NCBI GenBank assembly: GCA_963848135.1
Contig: CAWKCK010000003.1
Span: forward strand, 372,001-436,000
Direction: 5' to 3'
DNA from: an uncultured delta proteobacterium
Lineage (GTDB): Bacteria > Desulfobacterota > Desulfobacteria > Desulfobacterales > SG8-13
DNA: 64,000 bases
Made by a program: the position numbers and the translations under genes. This document shows, piece after piece, positions 9,671 through 20,239 of the stretch (within the stretch, counting starts at the first letter, position 1; the number at the start of each line of letters is the position of its first letter). The notes beneath the pieces were generated by a model. That model was not told the DNA's origin, searched no databases, and worked only from the letters and a program-made list of their open reading frames with translations.

Positions 9671-10579
9671 TCAAAAAAGGGGCCCGGTTCGAACACTGAC
9701 CGCATCCGGGTGAAGGAAATGGCGATCGATAGATTTTTCTATATCCCGTTGAGAAGGAAGGCCTGAAGCACCAAAGCCCCGCGTGGATAGCGTGGCGGCT
9801 GCCACGGCGAATCGACCGGCAGCGATCGGATCGCTGTGATCGAGGTAGCTATCCAGGAATGCCGCCGCAAAAACATCGCCTGCCCCTGTTGAATCGACAA
9901 CGGTCACTTTTGGTGCCGACACTTGAATCAAACGGGTGCCGTCATAAATTCGGGCGCCTTCGGCACCCTGAGTGATAATGGAAATTTTAGGCCCCATTCG
10001 ATGCATCCGTACCAATGCCGCGTCAATATCGCCAGTCGAAGTTATGAGCCGGGCCTCCCGGGCGTCGACCTTCAGTATGTCACAATGGCAGATCGCTGTT
10101 TTGGCCGCTGGTCCCATACGCTCAACCACCCGGTTTTCGGCTGTCAGATAGCGGAGGAAACCCTGGGCATCCAGCAACGCCAATCCTTTGCGACCCGCTG
10201 TCAGTATGGCAGGATCGGCTTCCTGCAACACCGGACCCACCAGCAGGGCTGGCGACTTAAACACTTCCGGCGGCATGGCGCTTATATGGAGCCTAGCGCC
10301 GCACTTGGCGTACTGACACCGCTCCCCACCGGTATAGTCATTTTCGAAATGCGTCACCGGGCCGTTGATAGAAAAGTGTCGGACATTGACACCCTGCTCT
10401 TCGAAACGGCGTTTTACCAGCGCATCACCGCAGCCGACAACAGCCACCGGCCGTAAAAGCCGCGCCATGAGTAAAGCCGCATACCAAACGGTTCCGCCGA
10501 TAGTATCCACTTCGTCATCGCGAGTGCGTATCTTGTCACGGGTCGGATTACCGATCAAGTAAATCATGGTTGGATGCAT
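9671..10579 (-). CDS. PfkB/ribokinase family carbohydrate kinase
   Basis: IGG near N-terminus, ITQGAEGA, DSTGAGDVF signature. Confidence 0.9.
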   Translation of the reverse strand: MHPTMIYLIGNPTRDKIRTRDDEVDTIGGTVWYAALLMARLLRPVAVVGCGDALVKRRFEEQGVNVRHFSINGPVTHFENDYTGGERCQYAKCGARLHISAMPPEVFKSPALLVGPVLQEADPAILTAGRKGLALLDAQGFLRYLTAENRVVERMGPAAKTAICHCDILKVDAREARLITSTGDIDAALVRMHRMGPKISIITQGAEGARIYDGTRLIQVSAPKVTVVDSTGAGDVFAAAFLDSYLDHSDPIAAGRFAVAAATLSTRGFGASGLPSQRDIEKSIDRHFLHPDAVSVRTGPLF

Positions 10580-10585
10580 ATCGGT

Positions 10586-10963
10586 TCAATAACCATGCTC
10601 ACCGGTCGTAATCAATACGAGTCTGCCGTTTTCGAAGGTCAGGTAACGGATCAGCTTGTGGGTACCGAGGTTATAAATCCATCTCTCAAAGGTAACAAAT
10701 TCCTTCACCAAAACCGGTGTGCGGTATCTGTGGCGTTCCCGCTCAAAATCATCATTATAATAATAGGGCGCGAAATAGTCGTAAACGCGTTCCTCGTGCC
10801 ATATGTCAATGTGAGTGGGTTCTCCGCACTCAGCCAACACCCTGGGTTTCAAATCCCCTGCGGATACCAGTTTGGTGCCGCATCTGAAGCCACTGGCCTT
10901 GACCGGCGACCCGGTATTAAGACCGATGAAAACGGTGAAAAATATTAAGATTAATTTTCTCAT
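10586..10963 (-). CDS. exported small protein, DUF2845-like
   Basis: Signal peptide then FRCGTKLVSAGD...VLAECGEP...ERWIYNLG...LTFENGRL. Confidence 0.8.
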   Translation of the reverse strand: MRKLILIFFTVFIGLNTGSPVKASGFRCGTKLVSAGDLKPRVLAECGEPTHIDIWHEERVYDYFAPYYYNDDFERERHRYRTPVLVKEFVTFERWIYNLGTHKLIRYLTFENGRLVLITTGEHGY

Positions 10964-11117
10964 CTTCTCACTCCTTGCCGGTTCTTATCCTCTTAAAGAT
11001 AATCGCAAACGGACGATTGTTCAAGAACCGCCGCATCTCACACAGCCTATCGCTCTGGGCAGAAAAGACGGATGAGCATTTTGACACTGAGAGACTTATT
11101 GTTTAATATTTTAGGCA

Positions 11118-12167
11118 ATGATTTATTGGATCGACAATAGGGGAATAATTGACCCTCATATCAATCTGGCAATCGAGGAATTCTGCCTGCGGAACCTACC
11201 TACGGACAGATCGTTCTTTATCGTGTATGCCAACCGGCCATCGGTGATTATCGGTCGGCACCAAAATATTCTCGAGGAGGTCGATCTTCGCTTTGCTGAA
11301 CAGGCAGAGCTTCAAGTGGTAAGACGGATTTCAGGCGGTGGGGCCGTCTATCACGATTTGGGTAACCTCAATTTTTGCTTTATCCACAGGTATAATCGCC
11401 GGAGCCTGTCTAACGTCCGCCAAACGATCACTCCGATTCGCTCCGCTTTGGCGGAAATGGGTGTACGCGCTGAATTCAACGGTAAAAACGATCTGTTTAT
11501 CGCTGAAAAAAAGATTTCCGGTAATGCCCAATTTTCGAATACAAAGCGGATTCTCGTCCATGGAACGCTTTTATTCGACAGTAATCTTGATTATCTGAAA
11601 CGGGCCCTGAGCGCACAAACTGACCACATTACTTCTATGGCACGAAAATCGGTGCCGAGTGGGGTCACTAACATTTCGCCCTTTTTGATAACCAGGATCG
11701 ATTTAAAGGCGTTTCGTAGACGGTTAATAGAAACTGTGGCCGGCCAATTTGGAGGGATGCAAACCGTTCACCTTGAAGAAAACCAGTGGCAGAAGATCAG
11801 GCGCCTATCCGAGGAGAAATACCGTACCTGGGGCTGGAATTACGGCAAAGCACCTGTTTTTCGAATTAATCGGCGCGGTGATGGTCCCCTCGACCGGTTG
11901 GGATATTCGATCGATGTGGAAAACGGTTGTATTACCGTGATCCGCTTTGAGCAGGAAGGCACGAGAGCCAAAGATATTTCAAGGATAGAGAACGAATTGT
12001 TGGGCACCCCCTTCCGTCGCGAGGCCATCACTGCCCGGTTAAATCAGCTCGAATTAAATGTGTTCGGCGGTGCGCTCAGCGTGGATCAATTGACCGACTT
12101 TCTAACTGTTGACTTCGGTCGCAGCCGCCGACCCATTTTACAATCCCCCCATCGTGACCTATCTTAG
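11118..12167 (+). CDS. lplA: lipoate-protein ligase A
   Basis: NLAIEE, IIGRHQN, RRISGGGAVYHDLGN, KKISGNAQ, HGTLL, WNYG. Confidence 0.92.
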   Translation: MIYWIDNRGIIDPHINLAIEEFCLRNLPTDRSFFIVYANRPSVIIGRHQNILEEVDLRFAEQAELQVVRRISGGGAVYHDLGNLNFCFIHRYNRRSLSNVRQTITPIRSALAEMGVRAEFNGKNDLFIAEKKISGNAQFSNTKRILVHGTLLFDSNLDYLKRALSAQTDHITSMARKSVPSGVTNISPFLITRIDLKAFRRRLIETVAGQFGGMQTVHLEENQWQKIRRLSEEKYRTWGWNYGKAPVFRINRRGDGPLDRLGYSIDVENGCITVIRFEQEGTRAKDISRIENELLGTPFRREAITARLNQLELNVFGGALSVDQLTDFLTVDFGRSRRPILQSPHRDLS

Positions 12168-12307
12168 GGACTTAATTGACCGTCACACCAGATCGCGCCG
12201 CAGCATGATCTATAACGTCCACAATTGCGGCCGACCTCAATGTCCGGGTGACAGGATGAATAAACTGGATGAGGAAAACTTGCTCAAATCGCCGGAGGAC
12301 TTTTCGT

Positions 12308-15300
12308 ATGCGCCAATTGTTATTAAAATCTCTATCAATACTGCTGTTCGCATCATTGGTTGTGATCCCAAATGTTCGCGCGGCTTTGCAAACCAACATA
12401 GATGTAAAGGAATTCTCGCTTGAAAACGGTATGGTTTTTCTGGTTGTCGAGCGGTCAACCATGCCCCAGGTGGCGGTGAGGCTCGCCATTCGCGCCGGGT
12501 CGGCTCACGAAGAGGTGGGAAAAACCGGCATTGCTCACCTTTTAGAGCATATGATGTTCAAGGGAACCAAGAACTTCGGCACCTTGGATGTCGGCAAAGA
12601 CCGAGAACTCCAGGAAAAAATCGAAGCGGCTTATCAAATTATCATAGGGGAAGAACAAAAGCGCCAGCCTGACATCGATCTTATTCGGGTAAAGCAGGCC
12701 GAAATGGATCGCCTGCGGCAGGAAGTTCAAAAAATTTACGTACCGCAGGCATTCTCCTCCCAGTTAGGAAAAAACGGCGCTGTCGGCATCAATGCGTTCA
12801 CCACCAAGGATCAGACCCAATACATTGCGTCAGTGCCAGCGGATATGCTGGAACAGTGGTTTTCGATCATCAGCGAACAGCTTTTCGAACCCTCCTGGCG
12901 GGAGTTTTATGTGGAGAAAGAGGTGGTGCAAAGAGAATGGGCTTTTCGATATGTAAACAACCCGAACGGAGCGGCCTGGCTCGATCTGGCAGCGTCCGCT
13001 TACACGGCCCATCCTTACCGCAATCCAACCATCGGTTGGCCGGCCGACATGGAAAAATTCAACACCACAGATGCCATGGCTTTTCACCGCCGGTATTACA
13101 ACCCAACAAATGCCGTCTGCGTTTTGGTCGGTGATTTGTCGGTCGCAGATGCCCGCCGGCTCGCCAAGACCTATTTCGACCGTTATCCCGCCGGGCCCAG
13201 GAGCCCGGAAACGATCACCGCAGAACCGCCCCAAGAGGGCCCTCGGCAGAGTGTGCGCTATCTCAAGGGAGCACGGACGCCTCTGGTCCGAATTGGATTT
13301 CACAGTACCCAAATGGGTATCAAGGATTTTTACGCGCTGGATGTGATGACCATGGTGCTCGCTCAAGGCCGTAGTGCCCGTTTAACTCAGGATATCATCA
13401 ACAAAGGCCTGGCGGTCGAAGCCTGGGCGGCCAACCCGGACAGCCGCTACGGCGAGCTGTTCATCCTTGGCGGGTCCCCCAACGAACCGGCTTCCCTGAA
13501 ATCCGGACAGCTGCCTGAAGAAGAAAGACGCAAGATTTATCTGGACGCTTGCCGGAACCTGGAGATTTTATTACTTGAACAGGCGACAAAACTAAAAGAT
13601 CAACCCGTTTCGCAAAAAGACCTGGAACGCATCAAGAAGATGAACGAAAAAGATTTCATCGAGCGGATGCGGAGCAATGAAAGTTTGGCCGGGACATTGG
13701 CAACTCTGGAAGTACAGGTCGGATGGCGCTATTTAAACACCTATCTTGAACGCATCGCCGCCATAACCGCTGAAGAGGTTCAAGACGTCGCCCGAAAATA
13801 TATTCGCATCGAAAACATGACCAGCGTGTATGTTATTCCAGGGGGAAAACCGGACAAAACCCCGGCGACATACACAGAAGTGCGTACCGCCGACGGTTCG
13901 GCTGCGGCCCGTCTCGTCCGGCCGGATCGTTTCAGAAACAATTCCGTTTATCCGACCCCGGATAATTGGAAACATCCGTTGTCATTTGACCGTAAACCCG
14001 TCACGGTGAATTATCCAAAGGGCGAACTCATTCCCGTCGGCGATGCCACAATGGTCTACATACAGGACAGGGAGTTGCCGCTGGTTGATGTATCCATTCT
14101 GGTCAAAGCCGGTGAGGTGGATATCGACCCGTCAAGAACAGGTCTGGCAGAAATTCTTACCAACAGTTTAATTACCGCAGGCACTAAAATACATCCGCCC
14201 GAGATTCTGGCGCGGGTGATGGATGAGAATGCCATCGAGGCATCCGTTTCCGTCGGCGAGGAAGATACGACTGTCAAGTTATCAGTTCTCAGGAATGACT
14301 GGGAAATGGGGCTGGCCTTGCTGGAGGAAATTTTAACACAGCCGGCATTCAAGCCCGAGGTGATCGATGTCGTCAAAGAACAAAGCCTCATCGGTCTCAA
14401 GCGCCAAGGGGAGAATGCCCAAGCAGTGGCGATGCGGGAGGGGTTGATATGGCATTTCAGCGGTCATCCCTACGGAAGGGACCCCTTACTGGGACTGGAG
14501 ACGATTCCCAACATCACCCGTCGAGATCTAACCGATTTCCTTCAAACGTATTTTGTCCCTTCAAATATGGTTGTCGCGGTAACCGGAGACATAACGAAGG
14601 AAGCGGCCGTGCTAGGCATCAGAAAACTTCTGGCCGCTTTACCTAAAAAGCCGGCACCGGGACGCAAGCTTGAGGACCCGGTTCCCAACCCGCCCGTTTT
14701 GGTTCTTATCAACAAACCAGGCCAAGTCCAAACGCAGGTAATACTGGCGCTGAACGGCGTCAAACGTTCGAATCCCGACTTCTGGAAACTCAGGCTTCTG
14801 ACGGACATCTTCGGGGGCAGTGATTCACTGATGTACACCCGTCTGCGAGATGACCTGGGCCTGGTGTATTCCGCCGGATTTTTCCAGACCTACAAATGGA
14901 ATGCCGGCCTGTTGCTGGGCTATATTGGTTGCAGAGCAGATCAAACCCGCACAGCAATTGAAGAAACCATTCGGCTCATGCAGACACTGCGTGAACGGAT
15001 ACCCCCGGATGAACTGGAACGAAAGCGCCTCGAAGCGCTTAACAGTTTCGTCTTCAATGTCGATACCCCGAGTATGCTGGCAAGTACTTACAGCCAATAC
15101 CACATGCGCGGTGAGCCGTTGGACACGCTGGACAGAATTCAAGTGGCTTATATCGACGCAACCGATGCCGATCTTCTGAACTTGGCCCGACGGCACCTGG
15201 ATCCAAAAGCTATTCAAGTGATTGTCGTCGGGGACAAAAACACCACCGTAACAGGGGAGGCAACCGCAGGCCGAACCCTGGCAGAAGATCTCGTGCTTCT

Positions 15301-15346
15301 GGCACACGAACTCGGTCTGCCCTTCAAAGAAATCGACTTGCGCTGA
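12308..15346 (+). CDS. exported M16 (insulinase/pitrilysin-like) zinc peptidase, fused two-half type
   Basis: Signal peptide; inverted zincin HLLEH, NAFT, HPYR/HPYG, LRDDLGLVYS in second half; GGAGGA RBS before 12308. Confidence 0.92.
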   Translation: MRQLLLKSLSILLFASLVVIPNVRAALQTNIDVKEFSLENGMVFLVVERSTMPQVAVRLAIRAGSAHEEVGKTGIAHLLEHMMFKGTKNFGTLDVGKDRELQEKIEAAYQIIIGEEQKRQPDIDLIRVKQAEMDRLRQEVQKIYVPQAFSSQLGKNGAVGINAFTTKDQTQYIASVPADMLEQWFSIISEQLFEPSWREFYVEKEVVQREWAFRYVNNPNGAAWLDLAASAYTAHPYRNPTIGWPADMEKFNTTDAMAFHRRYYNPTNAVCVLVGDLSVADARRLAKTYFDRYPAGPRSPETITAEPPQEGPRQSVRYLKGARTPLVRIGFHSTQMGIKDFYALDVMTMVLAQGRSARLTQDIINKGLAVEAWAANPDSRYGELFILGGSPNEPASLKSGQLPEEERRKIYLDACRNLEILLLEQATKLKDQPVSQKDLERIKKMNEKDFIERMRSNESLAGTLATLEVQVGWRYLNTYLERIAAITAEEVQDVARKYIRIENMTSVYVIPGGKPDKTPATYTEVRTADGSAAARLVRPDRFRNNSVYPTPDNWKHPLSFDRKPVTVNYPKGELIPVGDATMVYIQDRELPLVDVSILVKAGEVDIDPSRTGLAEILTNSLITAGTKIHPPEILARVMDENAIEASVSVGEEDTTVKLSVLRNDWEMGLALLEEILTQPAFKPEVIDVVKEQSLIGLKRQGENAQAVAMREGLIWHFSGHPYGRDPLLGLETIPNITRRDLTDFLQTYFVPSNMVVAVTGDITKEAAVLGIRKLLAALPKKPAPGRKLEDPVPNPPVLVLINKPGQVQTQVILALNGVKRSNPDFWKLRLLTDIFGGSDSLMYTRLRDDLGLVYSAGFFQTYKWNAGLLLGYIGCRADQTRTAIEETIRLMQTLRERIPPDELERKRLEALNSFVFNVDTPSMLASTYSQYHMRGEPLDTLDRIQVAYIDATDADLLNLARRHLDPKAIQVIVVGDKNTTVTGEATAGRTLAEDLVLLAHELGLPFKEIDLR

Positions 15347-15403
15347 AAATGGAAGGCTTTCGGGCCAATACAAAGAAGTTAAATCCCGGCCACTTTTGGC
15401 CAC

Positions 15404-15507
15404 TTACTAATGGGGTTATAAGCCACCCGACGTGTAGTAATTCTAAATCCTTGATCAACGCTCTCGGAAGAGATGTGGCGTCGGGTAGGAAATGACCCCC
15501 TTAGTAA
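15404..15507. repeat. 104-bp element with 29-bp imperfect inverted arms between convergent genes
   Basis: TTACTAATGGGGTTATAAGCCACCCGACG ... CGTCGGGTAGGAAATGACCCCCTTAGTAA. Confidence 0.7.
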
Positions 15508-15524
15508 TTCTCTGATGGGCGCCT

Positions 15525-15740
15525 TCAGGGTTTTGATCTCTTTAATACATCGAAATGACCGTGCCAGGCACAGTTGATACAGTAAGTCTCTGACTCGTCA
15601 CGAACCGCTGGGATTTCAGAACTGTCAACTTCAGAATCAAATTGGATTTCACCTTCTGTGCACTTGAACTTGAAATAGTTATACTCGTCTTCAGGGTCTT
15701 TGATGTAAAAGTATTCAGATTGGCACAAGGGGCATTTCAT
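15525..15740 (-). CDS. small acidic Cys-rich protein (putative zinc/iron ribbon)
   Basis: CPLC and CINC pairs plus one extra Cys; AAGGA RBS; directly downstream of sppA. Confidence 0.8.
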   Translation of the reverse strand: MKCPLCQSEYFYIKDPEDEYNYFKFKCTEGEIQFDSEVDSSEIPAVRDESETYCINCAWHGHFDVLKRSKP

Positions 15741-15777
15741 CGGTTACAATCCTTATAGCTATGTTATGTTTTGTATT

Positions 15778-17634
15778 TTAATTTCCAAAAGCAACGCAAG
15801 ACACGCATAGGGCATAAACGTGCCCGGGGTCGTTAAATGGGAAGAGGCGATCGATACGTTGCTTATCTCGTCCGGAAAGGAAGCTGCGGATTCCGGAAAT
15901 CGCTATTGGCGGGATGCCTTCGGCGGTTATATTGATAACCATCCGTTTAATTCTACGATGGAGTCGCTCTGTGGGGGATACAGGCTTTTCAACATATACC
16001 ACATTATATAAGTCCAACTTGGCCATCTGGGCGGCGCTCCTAACGGCGTCCGCCAAACCGCCCAATTTGTCGATCAGCCCCAGATCAAGGGCCGTCGGTG
16101 CCGCCCATACCCGCCCCTGAGCTATTTTTTCCACGTTATCGAAAGACATATGACGCCCCGTCGCCACCCGGTCGATGAACCGCTGGTACCCTCGCGAGAT
16201 ACCAAGTTCCAAAGCGTTGGAAAGCAGGGGATTGAGTGGGCGTGTAATGTCGAATGCCCCTGAAAGCCGGGTTGTTCCGACCCCATCTGTTGTAATCCCA
16301 ATAGCGTCAAGCGACCGGTTAATGGTGGGCAGGGCGGCAAAGATACCGATGGAACCGGTAATGGTTGTGGGGGATGCCCAAATTTCATCAGCAGCCACAG
16401 AGATCCAGTACGCGCCCGATGCGGCGATTGAGCTCATGGAAACGACCACCGGTTTGCCGATCATTCGCGTCAATTCAAGTTCTCTTCGAATAATCTCCGA
16501 AGCCATTGCGCTGCCGCCACCGCTGTTGATCCTTAACACCACGGTTTTTACCTGCTCGTCTTCTCGCACTTGACGAATGAGTTCGGATATTGATTCACCG
16601 CCGATTCGACCCGCCGGCTGCTTCCCGTCCATTATGATCCCTTCAGCCACAATGACCGCCACGTGACCTTGACCGGGCCGAATTCTTCGCATTTTAGGTA
16701 GTGAAATTTCGGCATATTTTTCAAACGACACGCTTCTGTAATTGATACCGTCTTCTTCTTCACCAACCAGCTCAATCAGCTCTCTTCGAACTTCGTCTCT
16801 GCTTTTCAAGTCGTCCACCAACCCGAAATTTAGTGCCATACGCGCCGCATCGCCATCGACCGCTTTCAGATTGATATCGATGTTGTTTATATAGTCATCG
16901 ATGAGATTTGTCGGTATCGAACGCTGCGTCGCGACCTCCGAAGTATAGGTATCCCAAAGGGTCGTCAACCAGGCGGAATTGGATTCCCTGTCCGCTGTGG
17001 ACATATCATTGCGTAATAAGGGTTCCAAAGCAGATTTGTAAGTTCCTTTCCTGAAAACATGAAAGTCGACCTGAAGTTTGTCGAGCGCATGTTTAATATA
17101 TTGCCGGTAGACGCCGAATCCGCTGAGCCAGACCTGACCCATGGGGTGAAGGTAAAGTTTGTCGGCGTGCGCAGCCAGAAAATATTGCTGCTGGTTAAAC
17201 CCGTTTCCGCTGGCAATAACCGTCTTGCCACTTTCTTTGAAGCGGGTGAGGGCCGCGCCAATTTCCTGCAGCTGGCTGATCCCAACAGATCCCAGATTTT
17301 CTAACTCGAGGACCAGGGCGCTGATATTATTATCCGTTCGGGCATGATCGATGGTGTCGATAAGATCTCGCAGTACGGTTTCGGTACCTGTGGATACATC
17401 CAAGACGCGGTCTATAAGCAAGGGTTCAGCGGATTGTTCAACGATTTTACCGGCCGGAGCGAGTGTCAGTGCGACCTTTTGGGGTACGCTTTTCACTAGA
17501 CTCGAAACCAATAAAACCGCAAGAAAAAATACCAGCAACAAAAAGAAAAGGTTAAAGACGATTTGCCGCAGGGTCGTCACGGCATGCCAAAAAGAACGGA
17601 TCACTTTTCCGATAGTCTTGAGAATTTTTAACAT
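15778..17634 (-). CDS. sppA: signal peptide peptidase SppA, long (67K-type) form
   Basis: N-terminal TM, GTYKSALEP, RINSGGGS, AASGAYW, TGSIG, AQGRVW. Confidence 0.93.
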   Translation of the reverse strand: MLKILKTIGKVIRSFWHAVTTLRQIVFNLFFLLLVFFLAVLLVSSLVKSVPQKVALTLAPAGKIVEQSAEPLLIDRVLDVSTGTETVLRDLIDTIDHARTDNNISALVLELENLGSVGISQLQEIGAALTRFKESGKTVIASGNGFNQQQYFLAAHADKLYLHPMGQVWLSGFGVYRQYIKHALDKLQVDFHVFRKGTYKSALEPLLRNDMSTADRESNSAWLTTLWDTYTSEVATQRSIPTNLIDDYINNIDINLKAVDGDAARMALNFGLVDDLKSRDEVRRELIELVGEEEDGINYRSVSFEKYAEISLPKMRRIRPGQGHVAVIVAEGIIMDGKQPAGRIGGESISELIRQVREDEQVKTVVLRINSGGGSAMASEIIRRELELTRMIGKPVVVSMSSIAASGAYWISVAADEIWASPTTITGSIGIFAALPTINRSLDAIGITTDGVGTTRLSGAFDITRPLNPLLSNALELGISRGYQRFIDRVATGRHMSFDNVEKIAQGRVWAAPTALDLGLIDKLGGLADAVRSAAQMAKLDLYNVVYVEKPVSPTERLHRRIKRMVINITAEGIPPIAISGIRSFLSGRDKQRIDRLFPFNDPGHVYALCVSCVAFGN

Positions 17635-17880
17635 TGAAGCGTATTCTCTTTATTGGAAGTTGTTGAGGAATGGATACCCTATTTCCTATCGCGCGTCAGG
17701 TATGGCACATATGTTGTTGCCGGATAGGGAACTGATTACGACCGTTTCCTGTTTTTTCCGAATTTCATAAAAATTCACTAAGCTACTGACATTTTAGAGG
17801 TTAACGTAACCATTGATCTCCAGAATACAAGGGAAACGGGATAACCCCCTCTATTAAATTGATCACCCGCAGTGCCAATC

Positions 17881-17980
17881 ATTATTAATGATTAAAATTA
17901 TATTAAGTAATATACAGTTTATATAAATATATTATATTGACTAATTCTTTTTCGATTATATATTGGTGGTAATAAAAATA
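17881..17980 (+). promoter_or_regulatory. very AT-rich dnaK promoter region
   Basis: TTGACT(17937)-16nt-TATATT; no CIRCE inverted repeat seen. Confidence 0.55.
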
Positions 17981-18059
17981 CGGAAAGGCCACGGAATCAT
18001 TTTTTATAGAAACCATCGGATTCTATCTACGACCTTTCCTTAATAAGGAGGAATATGCA

Positions 18060-19973
18060 ATGAGTAAGGTTATCGGTATAGATCTCGGTACGACCAATTC
18101 CTGCATCGCCGTAATGGAGAACGGGGAAGCCGCCGTAATCACCAACGCTGAAGGTGGTCGGACGACGCCGTCCATGGTCGCCATTACGGACAAGGGCGAG
18201 CGGCTCGTCGGCCAAATAGCCAAGCGGCAGGCCGTCACAAACCCCGAGAATACTGTTTTCGGTGTTAAACGATTGATCGGACGAATGTATGAATCTGCTG
18301 AGGTTAAGGGAGATGCGCGTAATTTACCGTTTCAAATCGAAAAAGCCCCCAACGGAGATGTCCATATCAACTTGCGTGGCAAAACGTATAGTCCGGCTGA
18401 AATTTCGTCATATATCTTATCGAACATCAAAAAATCAGCCGAAGAATATCTGGGTGAGGCTATATCAGATGCCGTCATCACAGTTCCGGCCTACTTCAGC
18501 GATAGCCAGAGGCAGGCCACCAAGGATGCCGGAAAAATCGCCGGACTCAACGTCTTGAGAATCATCAATGAACCAACCGCTGCTTCCCTGGCCTACGGTC
18601 TTGACAAAAATAAAGACGAAAAAATCGCCGTTTTCGATCTTGGTGGCGGCACGTTCGATATTTCCATTCTAGATATCGGTGATGGCGTGTTTGAAGTCAA
18701 AGCCACAAATGGTGACACCCATTTGGGCGGTGAAGATTTCGATCTCAAACTGATCGATTTTATTGCAGATGAATTTAAAAAGGAACAGGGGATTGACCTG
18801 CGGGGGGATAAAATGGCCTTGCAACGCCTTAAGGAGGCCGCCGAAAAAGCGAAGATGGAACTGTCAGGTTCAGTGGAAACCGACATCAATCTGCCATTTA
18901 TCACGGCGGATGCCGTTGGCCCCAAACATCTGAACATGAAAATCTCCCGCTCAAAACTCGAAGCGCTGGTTTCACCATTGCTCGATATGCTCGAAGGTCC
19001 CTGCCTTACAGCTCTCAAAGATGCCGGGATAAAACCGGCTGAGATTGATGAAGTCATCCTCGTGGGCGGAATGACCCGGATGCCGGCGGTTCAGACCCGT
19101 GTTGAAAAAATTTTCGGTAAATCGCCCAACAAAAGCGTCAATCCGGATGAGGTTGTCGCTCTTGGCGCAGCGGTTCAGGGTGCCGTATTGACCGGCGATG
19201 TTAAGGATGTTCTGCTTCTGGATGTGACCCCATTATCGCTGGGCATTGAAACTCTCGGTGGTGTCATGACCAGATTGATCGAAAAAAATACTACAATTCC
19301 ATCCCGGAAAAGCGAAATATTTTCAACTGCGGAGGACAATCAACCGGCGGTCTCCATCCATGTTCTTCAAGGAGAACGGGAAATGGCTATCAACAATAAA
19401 ACTCTGGGGCGATTCGAGTTGGTGGGTATTTCCCCTGCGCCCAGGGGAGCACCACAAATCGAGGTGACCTTCGATATCGATGCCAATGGCATTGTGGAGG
19501 TGTCCGCCACAGATAAGGCGACGGGCAAGGCGCAATCGATTCAAATTTCCCATTCCTCTGGTCTCTCAAAAGAAGAGATCAATCAGTTGGTAAAGGACGC
19601 TCAGTTACACGCGAAAGAAGACCGCCTGAAGCGCGAGCAGGTGGATGCCCACAATGCGGCGGAAGCACTAATTTACAGTACAGAAAAGTCTTTGAATGAT
19701 CTGGGAGACCGCCTGGAAACAAGCGCAAGGTCTGCCACAGAAACAGCCATCACCAACTTGAAAGACGCCTTGGAAAGAGGCAGAACAGCCGATGAGATCA
19801 AGCGCCTGACAGAAGCGCTACGGGATTCTTCACACCGACTGGCTGAAGGGGCCTATCGACAAACGCCAAATCCCGGAGCCGGACCCAGCGGGCCGGGCCC
19901 TCAAGAGTCCCAAAAGCATTCTTCACATAGTAAGGAAGACGTCGTCGATGCCGAGTATGAGGAGGTCGGTTAA
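18060..19973 (+). CDS. dnaK: Hsp70 chaperone DnaK
   Basis: [38 protein letters not shown]-terminal DAEYEEV; AAGGAGG RBS. Confidence 0.97.
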   Translation: MSKVIGIDLGTTNSCIAVMENGEAAVITNAEGGRTTPSMVAITDKGERLVGQIAKRQAVTNPENTVFGVKRLIGRMYESAEVKGDARNLPFQIEKAPNGDVHINLRGKTYSPAEISSYILSNIKKSAEEYLGEAISDAVITVPAYFSDSQRQATKDAGKIAGLNVLRIINEPTAASLAYGLDKNKDEKIAVFDLGGGTFDISILDIGDGVFEVKATNGDTHLGGEDFDLKLIDFIADEFKKEQGIDLRGDKMALQRLKEAAEKAKMELSGSVETDINLPFITADAVGPKHLNMKISRSKLEALVSPLLDMLEGPCLTALKDAGIKPAEIDEVILVGGMTRMPAVQTRVEKIFGKSPNKSVNPDEVVALGAAVQGAVLTGDVKDVLLLDVTPLSLGIETLGGVMTRLIEKNTTIPSRKSEIFSTAEDNQPAVSIHVLQGEREMAINNKTLGRFELVGISPAPRGAPQIEVTFDIDANGIVEVSATDKATGKAQSIQISHSSGLSKEEINQLVKDAQLHAKEDRLKREQVDAHNAAEALIYSTEKSLNDLGDRLETSARSATETAITNLKDALERGRTADEIKRLTEALRDSSHRLAEGAYRQTPNPGAGPSGPGPQESQKHSSHSKEDVVDAEYEEVG

Positions 19974-19998
19974 CCACAGTCCCCTTACACACAATCGC

Positions 19999-20044
19999 AC
20001 AGGCGGGCGACGATGGTCATTCGTTGCCTGCCTGTATGTTTTTT
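19999..20044 (+). terminator. intrinsic terminator after dnaK
   Basis: ACAGGCGGGCGACGA-loop-TCGTTGCCTGCCTGT followed by a T run. Confidence 0.8.
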
Positions 20045-20150
20045 AGACAGGCAGACGTGCGTACTTAGAATGTCTATCGGATCTTCCAACACGAATTTGG
20101 GTTCATTTACAGGGTTATTGTTCAGCACAATCTCTACGAATACTATCAGA

Positions 20151-20201
20151 TAATAAAAATATATATTGCATTACTTTAAATTTTGATTAAATTTAAGTAA
20201 T
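20151..20201 (+). promoter_or_regulatory. promoter with overlapping inverted repeat upstream of tandem-RHH gene
   Basis: TTGCAT-16nt-TAAATT overlapped by ATTACTT-N18-AAGTAAT. Confidence 0.55.
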
Positions 20202-20239
20202 CTAATGTCGTAGTGATTAACTACTGTAAGAGAGGCCGT

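Noticed and set aside
17703..17717. Sigma54 promoter (TGGCAC...)
   Set aside because: The -12 position reads GT rather than the near-invariant GC.
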